64,000 nucleotides of DNA, from positions 3,456,001-3,520,000 of the forward strand of contig OY970218.1 of assembly GCA_963713975.1 (NCBI GenBank). The letters run 5' to 3'. Positions within the stretch are counted from its first letter, which is position 1. Each line of letters opens with the position of its first letter. The position numbers and the translations under genes are program-made. The notes under the pieces were generated by a model. The model was not told the DNA's origin. It made no database searches and worked only from the letters and a program-made list of their open reading frames with translations. Origin of the DNA: an uncultured Chloroflexia bacterium. GTDB lineage: Bacteria > Chloroflexota > Limnocylindria > Limnocylindrales > CSP1-4. Shown here in pieces: positions 28,656-39,016 of the stretch.

Positions 28656-29693
28656 ATGGAGCGAGCCGTCCCGGCCACGATCAGCGATGTCGCCCACCGG
28701 GCGGGCGTGAGCACCGCCACCGTGAGCCGGGTCCTGGCGGGCATCGGCAATCCCAAGCCCGACACGGCGGCCGCGGTGCTGGCCGCGGTGGGCGAGCTGG
28801 GCTACCGTCCCTCGGGTGTTGCGCGATCGCTCCGTATGCGGCGGACACGCACCCTGGGGCTGATCGTCACCGACATCCAGAACCCCTTCTTCCCGGAGCT
28901 CGTGCAGGCCGCAGACCTCGCCGCCCGCAGCCTCGACTACTCGATCATCCTGGGCAGCGCCGCCTACGACGAGCATCGCGCGATGCACTACCTGGACCTG
29001 ATGGTGGACCGTCGCGTGGATGGCCTGATCATCGCCTCGAGCCAGCTGTCCGACGAGAGCTGGCAGTGGCTGGCCCGCTCACCCGTACCGGTGGTCGTCG
29101 TAAACGCGGAGCCTACCGGCGTACCCGTGTCCGTGATCACCAGCGACAACGCGGGCGGCACCCGGATCGCCGTCGAGCACCTGGTCGGCCTGGGCCATCG
29201 CAGGATCGCCTACATCCGCGGCTACGAGGGATTCACGGCCGACGTGCCCCGCGTCGAAGGGTACCGGCAGGCTTGCGCCGCGGCGGGCATCCCGGCTGCG
29301 GACATGGTGGAGATCCGGGGCGACGGACAGTTCGAGGGCGGCGAGAGCGCCATGGCGGAGCTGCTCGCGAGGGGCTCGGACGTGACCGCAGTGATGTGCC
29401 ACAACGACGTGACCGCGATCGGGGCTATGCGCGCCCTGCGGTCGGCCCAACGCCGTGTGCCGGCGGAGGTCAGCGTCCTGGGCTGCGACGACATCGCCGC
29501 CGCATCCTGGGTCGTGCCCGCGCTGACGACGGTTGCCCAGCAGAAGGCGGAGATGGGCCGGATGGCGGTGGAGCGGATGGCCGCCGCGCTCGACGACCCG
29601 GACGCGCTTGCACCGGCGGAGACGACCCGGATCCCCATGGTGCTCCAGGTCCGAGAATCCACGGGGCCCGCCCCGGCTGCCGGAGCGACCTGA
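28656..29693 (+). CDS. LacI/GalR family transcriptional regulator (probable iol regulon repressor)
   Basis: ATISDVAHRAGVSTATVSRVL HTH, ARSL hinge, NPFF, CHNDVTAIG, SVLGCDD, PALTTV. Confidence 0.92.
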   Translation: MERAVPATISDVAHRAGVSTATVSRVLAGIGNPKPDTAAAVLAAVGELGYRPSGVARSLRMRRTRTLGLIVTDIQNPFFPELVQAADLAARSLDYSIILGSAAYDEHRAMHYLDLMVDRRVDGLIIASSQLSDESWQWLARSPVPVVVVNAEPTGVPVSVITSDNAGGTRIAVEHLVGLGHRRIAYIRGYEGFTADVPRVEGYRQACAAAGIPAADMVEIRGDGQFEGGESAMAELLARGSDVTAVMCHNDVTAIGAMRALRSAQRRVPAEVSVLGCDDIAAASWVVPALTTVAQQKAEMGRMAVERMAAALDDPDALAPAETTRIPMVLQVRESTGPAPAAGAT

Positions 29694-29821
29694 TCGTGAC
29701 CAAGGTGCCGGAGGTGCCCCTCGCGTTCCCGTGGCCTCCGTTCGGCCCACGGTACTGAGCCAATCGGCGTCCCATCCCTGTGCCCGGACGGGGCACCGAT
29801 CGCGACGTGGAGAGCAACCAC

Positions 29822-30721
29822 ATGATCCGCATTGCCAACGCCCCCTGTTCCTGGGGCGTCATCGAGAACGTTGCCGGCGAGACCGGTGGGTATCGCCAGG
29901 TCCTCGACGAGATGGCCGAGACAGGGTACGCCGGCACCGAGCTGGGCGACTGGGGCTTCATGCCCACCGACCCTGGGGCGCTGCAGGCCGAGATCGACTC
30001 CAGGGGCCTCGCCATGCTGGCGTCGTTCGCGACGCCCTGGCTCCAGGACCCTGCGCGCCACCGCCAGGGCGAGGAGGACGCGGTCCGGATCGGGAAGCTC
30101 CTGGCGGCGGTGGGCGGCCCTGACACCATGATCGTTGTGGGCAACGACCCGTACGGCGACCTGGTGCGCGGCCAGAACGCAGGCCGGATCACACCGGAGA
30201 TGGGCCTCTCTGACGACGGATGGGAGACCTATGCGGCCGCCGCGAACCGCCTGGCGAAGCGGGTCAAGGAGGAGGCCGGCGTGCGGACCGTCGTCCACCA
30301 GCACCTCGGCACGCTGATCGAGACCGGCGCCGAGCTCCGTCGGCTGATGGACATGACCGACCCGGACCTGCTCGGGATCTGCCTCGACACCGGCCACTGG
30401 ACGTTCGGGACGGGCGAGAGCCCCGTCGACGCCGTTCGGGAGTTCGGCGACCGGATCTGGCACGTCCACTTCAAGGACTGCGACCCGGCCGTCATGGCGG
30501 AGTCGCGTGCAAAGAAGTGGGACGGCCTGACCTCCACCGGCCACGGCGTGTTCTGCGAGCTGGGCAAGGGCTGCGTGGACTTCCCCGGCGTCCTCGCCGC
30601 GCTCGAGGAGACCGGCTACGACGGCTGGATCGTCGTGGAACAGGACATCCTGCCGGGGATGGGCAACCCTCGCGAGAGCGCTCGGCGCAATCGCGAGTAC
30701 CTCCGCTCCATCGGCGCCTGA
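29822..30721 (+). CDS. IolE/MocC-like TIM-barrel inosose dehydratase
   Basis: IANAPCSWG, TELGDWGFMPTDP, HQHLGT, CLDTGH, HVHFKD, ELGKG, VVEQD. Confidence 0.7.
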   Translation: MIRIANAPCSWGVIENVAGETGGYRQVLDEMAETGYAGTELGDWGFMPTDPGALQAEIDSRGLAMLASFATPWLQDPARHRQGEEDAVRIGKLLAAVGGPDTMIVVGNDPYGDLVRGQNAGRITPEMGLSDDGWETYAAAANRLAKRVKEEAGVRTVVHQHLGTLIETGAELRRLMDMTDPDLLGICLDTGHWTFGTGESPVDAVREFGDRIWHVHFKDCDPAVMAESRAKKWDGLTSTGHGVFCELGKGCVDFPGVLAALEETGYDGWIVVEQDILPGMGNPRESARRNREYLRSIGA

Positions 30722-30869
30722 CCCCGCGGCCAGGGCTACCCCCCGCTCCGGCGGCGGCTCACCAGGGCGTCGCGCATCGACAGATACGTGCCAGAAGGCT
30801 ACTATTAGGCGACGCGCCAGTCCCGCCGCGCCTCGCGGCACTCCCGGGCCCGGCCCCAGGGAGGACGCC

Positions 30870-33137
30870 ATGTCCCGACAGCAGATGACCATGCCTCCAG
30901 GGCGACAGCGGTCGGCAGCGACGCCGAAGGCCGAGCGACTCGTCGTCGTCGCCAACCGGCTGCCGATCACCGTCCGCCGGACCGGAGGCCGCTGGCACGG
31001 CGAGCGGAGCGGCGGCGGTCTCGTCGCGGCACTGGCGCCGATCATGGAGCGCGCGGGTGGCCTGTGGGTCGGCTGGCCGGGTGATGCACCCACGGCCAAC
31101 GCCGAGGGCCGGGCAGAGGTGCTCCGCGAGCTGGAGCGGGAGCATTCCCTCGCCGCCGTGGAACTGCCCCCGAAGATCAGCCGAGCCTTCTACGAGGGGT
31201 ACAGCAACAACACCCTCTGGCCGCTGCTCCACGGGTTCCCGTCGCGAGTCACCCTGGACCGTGAGACCTTCCACGCGTACCGCGACGCGAACCAGCGGTT
31301 CGCCGACGCCGTGCTCGACCGGCTCCTCCCGGACGATCTGGTCTGGGTCCACGACTACCAGCTGCTGCTGGTGCCCCGCCTCCTCCGCGAGCAGCGGCCG
31401 GGGGTGCGGGTCGCGTTCTTCCTGCATGTCCCGTTCCCGCCGCCGGAGGTCTTCCGGATCCTGCCCCAGCGCGAGGAGATCCTGACCGGTCTGCTGGGCG
31501 CGGACGTGATCGGCTTCCAGACCCACGAGCACCTCGGGGCCTTCCGGCGGACGCTCCTCCAGGTGCTCGGCATCGAGAGCCGGATGGACAGGGTCGAGAT
31601 CGACGGTCGAACCGTCAAGCTCGAGGCGCAGCCGATCGGGATCGTGCCCGACGAGTGGGAGCACCTCGTCGCCGCCGACGCGGGCGTCGCCCGGCGCATC
31701 CGCGAGATCCAGGGCCGCCACGCCGGGCGCCGGCTCGTGCTCGCTGTCGACCGCCTCGACTACACGAAGGGCATCCCGGAGCGGCTCCGAGCATTCCACC
31801 ACTTCCTGGTCTCGCGACCCTCCTGGCGGGGCAAGGTGACGCTCCTCCAGGTGGCCGTGCCGTCACGGGAGCGGGTTGCGAGGTATGCGGCCCTCAGCCG
31901 CGACGTCAACGAGCTGGTCGGGGAAGTCAATGGGGAGCTCGGGACGGCCGAGTGGAACCCCGTCATCTACCTACGCCGGTCGATCTCCCGGGCGGAGCTC
32001 GCGGCCCTCTACGCGGCGGCCGACGTCGCCTGGGTCGCATCGCTGCGGGACGGCATGAACCTCGTCGCCAAGGAGTTCGTGGCGTGCCAGCAGGACGGCA
32101 AGGGCGTCCTGCTGCTGAGCGAGTTCGCCGGTGCGGCGGGCGAGATGGGCGAGGCGGTCCGGGTCAACCCGTACGACGAGACGGGATCGGCCGCCGCCCT
32201 GGAGCGTGCCCTCACGATGGCCGAGGACGAGCGCCGGGAGCGGCAGGCAGCGCTGCTCCACCGGATCACGACGAATACGGCCGTCGCCTGGGCGGAGCGT
32301 TCCGTGGAGGATCTGCGGCGCACGGTCGGCGGACGGGCGCTGGGCTCCGGGCCGATCCCGGAACCGCCGCTGCGGGATGTCCGACACGCATTCGCCTCGG
32401 CGAGCCATCGCATCTGCTACCTGGACTACGACGGCACGTTGGTCCCTCTTGCCGCCCGCCCGGCAGATGCTGCACCCGGCCCGGCCATCGCCGAGATCCT
32501 GGGAGCCCTCGCGCGGAAGCGTGGGACGACGATCGTGATCGTCTCGGGCCGACCGGCAGGCGACCTGTCCTGCTGGTTCGGCCACCTGGACGGCATCTGG
32601 CTCGCGGCCGAGCATGGCGCCCTGCTCCGGGCCCCGGGCGATCCCGAGTGGCGGTCGCTCCGACCGGGCGCCGACGGGGAATGGAAGGCCCGCGTTCGAC
32701 CGGTGCTCGACCAGTTCGCCGCCCGCGCCCCGGGCAGCACCGTCGAGGAGAAGGAATACGCCCTCGCCTGGCACTTCCGGCTTGTCGAGCCCGAGTTCGG
32801 GGACTGGCTGGCCAACGAGCTCGCGATGACGCTCGACCAGTTGCTGGCCGGCACCGAGCTCGCGGTGCTCCGAGGGAACAAGGTGGTCGAGGTCCGGTTC
32901 GCGTGGGCGAACAAGGGCGAGGTGGCGGCCCACGTCCGTGCGTCGGCTCCCCCGCCGGAGTTCGAGCTGGCGATCGGGGACGACCGGACCGACGAGGACC
33001 TCTTCGAACGCCTGCCGGATGACGCCTGGACGATCCACGTGGGACCCGGCCAGACACGGGCCCGGTTCCGCCTGGCCACCCCGGCACCCGCGGTGGCCTT
33101 GCTTGCCAGCCTCGCCGGCAGGAGCGCCCGGAGATGA
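30870..33137 (+). CDS. otsA: Bifunctional trehalose-6-phosphate synthase/phosphatase (OtsA-OtsB fusion)
   Basis: [44 protein letters not shown]; HAD motifs LDYDGTL and [10 protein letters not shown]. Confidence 0.92.
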   Translation: MSRQQMTMPPGRQRSAATPKAERLVVVANRLPITVRRTGGRWHGERSGGGLVAALAPIMERAGGLWVGWPGDAPTANAEGRAEVLRELEREHSLAAVELPPKISRAFYEGYSNNTLWPLLHGFPSRVTLDRETFHAYRDANQRFADAVLDRLLPDDLVWVHDYQLLLVPRLLREQRPGVRVAFFLHVPFPPPEVFRILPQREEILTGLLGADVIGFQTHEHLGAFRRTLLQVLGIESRMDRVEIDGRTVKLEAQPIGIVPDEWEHLVAADAGVARRIREIQGRHAGRRLVLAVDRLDYTKGIPERLRAFHHFLVSRPSWRGKVTLLQVAVPSRERVARYAALSRDVNELVGEVNGELGTAEWNPVIYLRRSISRAELAALYAAADVAWVASLRDGMNLVAKEFVACQQDGKGVLLLSEFAGAAGEMGEAVRVNPYDETGSAAALERALTMAEDERRERQAALLHRITTNTAVAWAERSVEDLRRTVGGRALGSGPIPEPPLRDVRHAFASASHRICYLDYDGTLVPLAARPADAAPGPAIAEILGALARKRGTTIVIVSGRPAGDLSCWFGHLDGIWLAAEHGALLRAPGDPEWRSLRPGADGEWKARVRPVLDQFAARAPGSTVEEKEYALAWHFRLVEPEFGDWLANELAMTLDQLLAGTELAVLRGNKVVEVRFAWANKGEVAAHVRASAPPPEFELAIGDDRTDEDLFERLPDDAWTIHVGPGQTRARFRLATPAPAVALLASLAGRSARR

Positions 33138-33138
33138 A

Positions 33139-33179
33139 GAAGCCGGCCCCGGGAGCCCGAAGGCTCCGGGACCGGCTTC
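33139..33179. terminator. Hairpin between the convergent otsAB and iolA genes
   Basis: GAAGCCGG-CCCGGGAGCC...GGCTCCGGG-ACCGGCTTC stem-loop. Confidence 0.6.
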
Positions 33180-33191
33180 GACCGCGAAGTT

Positions 33192-34718
33192 CTAGCTGTT
33201 GCCGGGGAAGACGAGGCTCAGCGGCCCCTGCTTGCCGGGCTCCGGCCAGCGCTCGGTGACCATCTTCTGCTGGGTGAAGAAGCGGACGCCGTCCTCACCG
33301 CGCATGGCGAGGTCGCCGATCGCGGACTCCTTGGAGCCCGAGAAGCTCATGTAGCCCGCGGGCACCGGGATCGGCACGTTGACGCCGATCATCGGGACCT
33401 CGACCTCGAGCTTGAAGCGCCGCGCGGCGCCGCCGTCGGTCGTGAACACCGCCGTGCCGTTGGCGTACTTGTGGTCGTTGATGAGCTTCAGGCCCTCGTC
33501 GAAGGTGTCCGTGTGCACGATGCCGAAGACGGGGCCGAAGATCTCCTCCTGGTAGATCTTCATGTCCGGGGTGACGTTGTCGAACAGCGTGACGCCCAGG
33601 AAGAACCCGTCCGGGTTGGGCCCGACGAACGTACGGCCGTCCACGAGGAGCTCGGCGCCCTCGGCCTCGCCGACGTTGATCCAGTTGATCACCGACTGGC
33701 GGTGCTCATCCGTGTAGATGGGGCCCATGTCGACGCCCGGCTCCATGCCGTCGCCGATCTTGAGCCGTGCGATCCGCTCCATGATCTTGGGCTTGAGGCG
33801 CTCGGCGGTGTCACCCACCGCGACCATCAGCGTCTGGGCCATGCAGCGCTCGCCGGCCGAGCCGAAGCCCGCCGCGACCGCCGCGTCCGCGACCAGGTCC
33901 ATGTCCGCGTCGGGCAGGACGAGCATCGCATTCTTGGCGCTGGTGTAGGACCCGACGCGCTTGCCGCGCTTGGTGCCCTCCTCGTAGACGTAGCGGCCGA
34001 CGGCCGTCGAGCCCACGAACTGGATCGCCTTGATGCCCTTGTGCTCGACGATCGCCTTGACCGCCTCGCGGCCGCCGTAGACGACGTTGAACGTGCCGTC
34101 GGGTCCGCCCGCCTGCGTCCACAGCTCGGCCTGGAGCTGCGTCGCACCCGGCGTGTGGGAGGACGGCTTGAGGATCACCGTATTGCCGCACATCAGTGCG
34201 ATCGGGTAGATCCACGTGGGGACCATGACCGGGAAGTTGAAGGGCGCGATCGCCGCGACGACGCCAAGCGGCTGACGCAGCGTGAACGCGTCGACCTTGG
34301 TCGACACGTTGGGCGTCATCATGCCGGAGAGGTGAACCGGCAGGCCGCACGCGAAGTCGATCGTCTCAATGCCGCGGAGGACCTCGGCGAGGGCATCCGG
34401 GAAGGTCTTGCCGTGGTCGCGCGTGATGAGCGCGGCGAGGTCCTCGCGGTGCTGGTACATCAGGTTGCGGAACTGGAAGAAGATGTTCGAGCGCGCGATC
34501 AACGGCATGTCGCGCCAGGCGGGGAATGCAGCCTGGGCCGCCTCGACCGCGGCGTCAACCTCGGCCACTCCGCCGCGCGGGACCCGGGCGAACACCTGGC
34601 CCGTCGCCGGGTTGGTGATGGGGCCTGTGTTCTCGGCCAAGACCTCGACGGCCGTGCCGTTGATGTAGTGGGACAGGATCGGCAAGACCGCCGTCTGCTC
34701 CCGGGTCTCGATCGCCAT
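33192..34718 (-). CDS. iolA: CoA-acylating (methyl)malonate-semialdehyde dehydrogenase
   Basis: APFNFPVMVP, FVGST, AKN, AGFGSAGERCMA, EEIFGPV, GVNVPIPVP. Confidence 0.9.
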   Translation of the reverse strand: MAIETREQTAVLPILSHYINGTAVEVLAENTGPITNPATGQVFARVPRGGVAEVDAAVEAAQAAFPAWRDMPLIARSNIFFQFRNLMYQHREDLAALITRDHGKTFPDALAEVLRGIETIDFACGLPVHLSGMMTPNVSTKVDAFTLRQPLGVVAAIAPFNFPVMVPTWIYPIALMCGNTVILKPSSHTPGATQLQAELWTQAGGPDGTFNVVYGGREAVKAIVEHKGIKAIQFVGSTAVGRYVYEEGTKRGKRVGSYTSAKNAMLVLPDADMDLVADAAVAAGFGSAGERCMAQTLMVAVGDTAERLKPKIMERIARLKIGDGMEPGVDMGPIYTDEHRQSVINWINVGEAEGAELLVDGRTFVGPNPDGFFLGVTLFDNVTPDMKIYQEEIFGPVFGIVHTDTFDEGLKLINDHKYANGTAVFTTDGGAARRFKLEVEVPMIGVNVPIPVPAGYMSFSGSKESAIGDLAMRGEDGVRFFTQQKMVTERWPEPGKQGPLSLVFPGNS

Positions 34719-34765
34719 GTGTGCTACTCCTCCGCGGAAACTGGTGCTGGACGCCGTGGTTGATC

Positions 34766-35866
34766 TCAGGCGGACTTGAGGTCCGGATTGGGCATCATGA
34801 TGTCGCGCACGACGCCCTGTAGATCGTGGTACGACTGTACAAAGCCGCGCAAGGTCCGCGCGGTCGCGCCGAAGCCCGCGAAGTCATCTGGTGACAGGCC
34901 GTCCGGCTCATATGCGCGGCGGAAGTCCGGCACCCGGGCCAGCAGGTCATCGACCAGGTGCTGGTCCACAGGCACGTCGATCCGCGACACAGGGTCGATG
35001 CCCGAGTTGTTGAAGCGGACCTGCCACGGGTACGGCATCGTGAGCACGACGTCGCCACCCACGAGTTCGGTCCAGTGCAGCCGGTGGCGGTAGGCCGCCA
35101 CGAGCAACCGGGTCCGGTAGCCGCGCTCCTGGAAGATCCCGTACGCACGCTTGAAGGCGGCGATGCCGGCCCAGTTTGCGGCGGCCGGGTCGAGCGCGAT
35201 GTCGTCCTTCTCGACCAGGACCTTGATCCAGTCGTCGAGTCGGCCGATCATCATCGAGCAGACCGGGCTGAACTTGCTGCTGTCGCCACCGGCAGCCTCG
35301 AAGCGCTTGATCCCGCGCTCCACCGCCTCGGCGGCGGCGATGGACTGGGCGACCGTGAACACCACCGTGATGTTGGCGACAACGCCCCGGGCCGTCGCGT
35401 CCTCGACCGCCTGCAGGCCGGCGGCCGTGCACGGGAACTTGACCTGGATGTTGGGGGCGAGGGTGTTGAAGTGCACCGCCTGGTCGGCCATTCGCGCCGG
35501 GTCCCGGTAGTTCGCGGGGTTGGTCTGGAGCGACAGTCGTCCCTTCATGCCGTCGTGCGCGTCGAAGACCGGCTCGAGGATCCCGGCACCACGGGCGCCC
35601 ATCTCCTCGATCAGCGCCCAAGTGAGCTCGACCTCGGACCAGGTCGGGTTGGTCGCGATCATCTCGCGGACCCGCGGGACCCAGTGGTCCTTCTCCTTCT
35701 TCATCACCTCCCCCACGATGACGGGGTTGGAGGTGGCGCCGGTACCGCCGCGCTCGACTGCGTAGGCGAGCTCGACGACCGCGCAGGAGTCATTCCAGAA
35801 GTCGGTCGGAGTGGACTCGACCATCCGCAGGAGCGGGCTGTCGATTCCGGCGGTAGTGGTCGTCAT
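34766..35866 (-). CDS. Transaldolase-family protein
   Basis: WNDS, GATSNP, Schiff-base Lys in NIQVKFP, NITVVF, IGRLDD, RLLVAA. Confidence 0.85.
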   Translation of the reverse strand: MTTTTAGIDSPLLRMVESTPTDFWNDSCAVVELAYAVERGGTGATSNPVIVGEVMKKEKDHWVPRVREMIATNPTWSEVELTWALIEEMGARGAGILEPVFDAHDGMKGRLSLQTNPANYRDPARMADQAVHFNTLAPNIQVKFPCTAAGLQAVEDATARGVVANITVVFTVAQSIAAAEAVERGIKRFEAAGGDSSKFSPVCSMMIGRLDDWIKVLVEKDDIALDPAAANWAGIAAFKRAYGIFQERGYRTRLLVAAYRHRLHWTELVGGDVVLTMPYPWQVRFNNSGIDPVSRIDVPVDQHLVDDLLARVPDFRRAYEPDGLSPDDFAGFGATARTLRGFVQSYHDLQGVVRDIMMPNPDLKSA

Positions 35867-35991
35867 AGGTTCTCCGTTGCCTGGGAGTGGGCGGGCGCAC
35901 CGACCGTCACTATAATCGATGATCGTTGATCTTTTCGCAAGGAGCGCCGCGTCCCGGCCACGCAGGTCGCGGCGCACCGCACGCCCGCATC

Positions 35992-36879
35992 CTAGTCGGA
36001 CACCTTGGGCGCCTCGGGACTCCAGTTCATGAGCCACGCGTGGTCCGGGTCGATGGTGAAGTGCCAGGCCCGGTTGGGCCCGGCCATGATGTTGAGGAAG
36101 TAGCAGTCGTAGCCTGCGGGCACGCCCACGGGGTGGTAGCCCTCGGGCACCAGCACGAGGTCCCCGTCCATCGGCGTCATCGACTCGTCGAGGGACCGAT
36201 CAGGGGTGTAGACGCGGGCGAACGCGAACCCCTGCGGCTTGGCGAACTTGTAGTAGTAGAGCTCCTCCAGGCGCGCCTCAACCGGCGGATCCTCCGTGTC
36301 GTGCTTGTGGGGTGGGTAGCTGGACCAGTTGCCACCCGGGGTGTATGCCTCGAACGAGATGAGGCGACCGGCCTCGGCGCCCGGCGGGAGCAGGTGGTGG
36401 ATCCGCCGGGTCGTGTTCCCCTCACCACGTGTCTCCACCAGGATGTCCCCGGATTCGATGAGCGCGGTGCGCTGGACCGGACCGCCGGGGGCGGCGGCAA
36501 TGCCGACCAGGGCCTCGGTGTCCGCGGTGACCAAGATCTCCTGACCGGGCGCCACGAGCACCACGGGGGCGGGCGGGCCGTCGAACACCGTCATCCGCGA
36601 GCCCGCCACCCCGAAATCGCGGTCCCCGGCCTGTACTCGGGCGTAGCCCTCGAGCAGCAGGACGAGGCGCTCCTGATCGTCGGGCTCGCGGGTCACCACC
36701 TGCCCCGGGGCCAGGCGGTAGACGTGGAAGGAGACGTAGTCCCATCCGGCCGAGGCGGGATCGATCCCACACACGAGGCCGTCGGGCCCCGCGTCGGCCG
36801 CGCGGCGGAGGAGGCGCCGCGCGGCCGACGAATAGGCGGAGCCCGGACCGCCATTCCCTGTGGTCAAGGGCAAAGTCAT
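35992..36879 (-). CDS. iolB: 5-deoxy-glucuronate isomerase
   Basis: AGWDYVSF, RGEG, TPGGNWSSYPPHKHD, LEELYYY, VPEGYHPV, LNIMAGP. Confidence 0.95.
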   Translation of the reverse strand: MTLPLTTGNGGPGSAYSSAARRLLRRAADAGPDGLVCGIDPASAGWDYVSFHVYRLAPGQVVTREPDDQERLVLLLEGYARVQAGDRDFGVAGSRMTVFDGPPAPVVLVAPGQEILVTADTEALVGIAAAPGGPVQRTALIESGDILVETRGEGNTTRRIHHLLPPGAEAGRLISFEAYTPGGNWSSYPPHKHDTEDPPVEARLEELYYYKFAKPQGFAFARVYTPDRSLDESMTPMDGDLVLVPEGYHPVGVPAGYDCYFLNIMAGPNRAWHFTIDPDHAWLMNWSPEAPKVSD

Positions 36880-37035
36880 GGCTGGTGGTCCTCCGCTGTC
36901 CGGGCCGGTCGCCGGTCCCCGGCGGATGGGCCGTCCGCCAGCCTGCTCCCGATGTGGCTCGGCCGATGGTCGGTCGCGCCGGACCATCGTTCCGGCACGG
37001 TCGCCCCGTGAAGGCCACACCCGGTCGGCCCTCCC

Positions 37036-37049
37036 GGCAATCGATTACA
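37036..37049. promoter_or_regulatory. LacI operator GGCAATCGATTACA upstream of iolB
   Basis: Consensus palindrome abutting a minus-strand CACCAT hexamer. Confidence 0.75.
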
Positions 37050-37128
37050 TGGTGCAATCTTGGCCTACCGGGACGGCATCGTCAAGCACCTCCGGCGGGG
37101 AACGGCGCGGCTGGGGCGGGGGGCACGC

Positions 37129-37191
37129 GGCGGCATCGGGCGGCCGCCGGGCGGCATCGGGCGGCCGCCGGGCGGCATCGGGCGGCCGCCG
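37129..37191. repeat. Three perfect tandem copies of the 21-mer GGCGGCATCGGGCGGCCGCCG
   Basis: Directly visible. Confidence 0.9.
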
Positions 37192-37208
37192 GGGGCCCGA
37201 GTCTCGCT

Positions 37209-37297
37209 CACAACCGCTGGACTGCCCGCTGATGGCGAGCAGCGTCCCCGCTGAAGGGGCTCCGCGCCTCGTTTCGCTCGCTGATGGCGAGCGAAAC
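37209..37297. repeat. REP-like palindromes including the perfect GTTTCGCTCGC-N5-GCGAGCGAAAC
   Basis: 11-bp perfect stem at 37271-37297; 37209-37242 is an inverted, diverged copy of 28321-28354. Confidence 0.65.
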
Positions 37298-37564
37298 AGG
37301 GATCTGCGTGGATGGGTGGGCCGTCAGGCGAGCGGCGGAGGTCAGAGAACGACGAGTCCGTTCGCCCCTGGCAGGCACCCGCCTCACACGATCGGACCAG
37401 CCGACCCCCGGCTGCCGCGGGCAGAGCATTCGCCGAGGACGAACGCTCCGCTTCGAACGGGCGGGTGTAGAGCGAGCAGCACAGCCGCCCGCGGGGCCAC
37501 GCAGTGGGCCGCCCGCGGGGCGACCCGAAGGGCCGCCCCGCTCGAGCGGGACCGGAGTCGCGGA

Positions 37565-38878
37565 TCAGGCCTTGCGGGACTTGCCGTCCTCGGTCCGCAT
37601 ACGGCAGGCGTTGCTGGACCGGAAGTAGCGCTCCTTGCGGGCCATCTCGGGCATCGGGGCCGCGTACTGGTACTGCTCCGCGGAGAGCTCCGAGACGAGG
37701 CCATTGAGCTCCGTGTCCGAGCCGGCGTAGGCGCGGACTCGCTTGCGGACGCCCTCGAGCACGCCACGCGCGTCCTCGTAGCGACCCTGGCGGTTCAGGT
37801 GCACCGCGTCCTGGCGGGCTCGCTCGGCGAACACCCGGGCGACGACGCGATCCACCTCGACATCGCGTGGCTGGGCGTCGTTGGCGCCGTGGCCCGCATA
37901 GGCCCAGGCCACCGAGACCGGCTCGAGCGCCGGCCGGGCCGCGTCGAACGCGCCGTCGCGGTCCCCCACTCGGACATGCACGCCCACCTCGCGGTCCACC
38001 TCGCCGAAGTCGAAGACGAGGTGCAGCACGAGGGAGAGCAGCTGACCCGAGACCATGTCACCGAGGAAAACCCGGGCCCGGCCCGCGGTCTGCTCGACAC
38101 GGAACGGCGAGAGCGAGTCAACCCGGACGGACTCCGGCAGGACCAGCTCCAGGACGACGTCGCGGGCCACGACGTCCAGGGTCTCGCCCACCTCGGACGT
38201 GATGTGGTCGCGCATCTGGGCCACGTCACCCGCGAAGTAGAAGTGGCCGCCCCCGTTGTCGGCCATTGCCTGGAGCAGCGACTCGTCGAAGTCCGTGCCC
38301 ACGCCGAAGGTGCTGGTGGCAACCCCCCGCCGGCGCAGCTCGAGCGCCAGTCGGGCCAGCTCGCCGTGGTCGGTGACACCCTGGTTGGCAAGGCCGTCCG
38401 TGAGCAGCAGGACGCGGTTGACGCCCTCGGGTGCCAGCCCGGCCGCGGCCTGCTCGCAACCGGTCAGCCATCCTGCGTGCAGGTTGGTGCTGCCGCGGGG
38501 CTCGACACCGGCGAGTCGCCCGGCCGCCTCGCTGCGGGCCTGTGGGCTGGCCATCATCCCTGCGACTGCCACGTCCACGCGGTCGTCGTAGGTCACGACG
38601 GAGAACCGGTCCTCGGGCTCCAGGCGATGGATGGCCTCCAGGGTCGCCTGCTTGGCGAGGGACAGCTTGTCGCGTCCGCCCATAGAGCCCGACCGGTCGA
38701 GCACGAAGGCGAGGTTGACGGGTGGCCGACGTCGCGCCGGATCCGGTGCGACGGTGGGTGCGGTGACGTCGACGAGCAGGTAGCGCACGCTCCGGCCATG
38801 CGCACGGATCAGGCGGCGGTCCGGCCGGACCACGAGTCCGGGGTCGACCAGGCGGTCGGTGTTGTTGTGCTGGGTCAC
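37565..38878 (-). CDS. VWA domain protein (YfbK / Ca-activated chloride channel homolog type)
   Basis: PVNLAFVLDRSGSM (MIDAS DxSxS), GSTNL, LLLTDGLAN, FGVGTDFDE. Confidence 0.88.
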   Translation of the reverse strand: MTQHNNTDRLVDPGLVVRPDRRLIRAHGRSVRYLLVDVTAPTVAPDPARRRPPVNLAFVLDRSGSMGGRDKLSLAKQATLEAIHRLEPEDRFSVVTYDDRVDVAVAGMMASPQARSEAAGRLAGVEPRGSTNLHAGWLTGCEQAAAGLAPEGVNRVLLLTDGLANQGVTDHGELARLALELRRRGVATSTFGVGTDFDESLLQAMADNGGGHFYFAGDVAQMRDHITSEVGETLDVVARDVVLELVLPESVRVDSLSPFRVEQTAGRARVFLGDMVSGQLLSLVLHLVFDFGEVDREVGVHVRVGDRDGAFDAARPALEPVSVAWAYAGHGANDAQPRDVEVDRVVARVFAERARQDAVHLNRQGRYEDARGVLEGVRKRVRAYAGSDTELNGLVSELSAEQYQYAAPMPEMARKERYFRSSNACRMRTEDGKSRKA

Positions 38879-39016
38879 GATGGGCCTCCTTCTCGATGGC
38901 TGGTCGAGGCCCGGATGGGGCGGGTCTCACGGTCCGGCGTGGCTCGTACGAGCGGGCTCGCCGGATGCGGTTGGGTTGTCCTGGGGGGCGGGGTGGCAGC
39001 CGATGCCGACGGGCGG

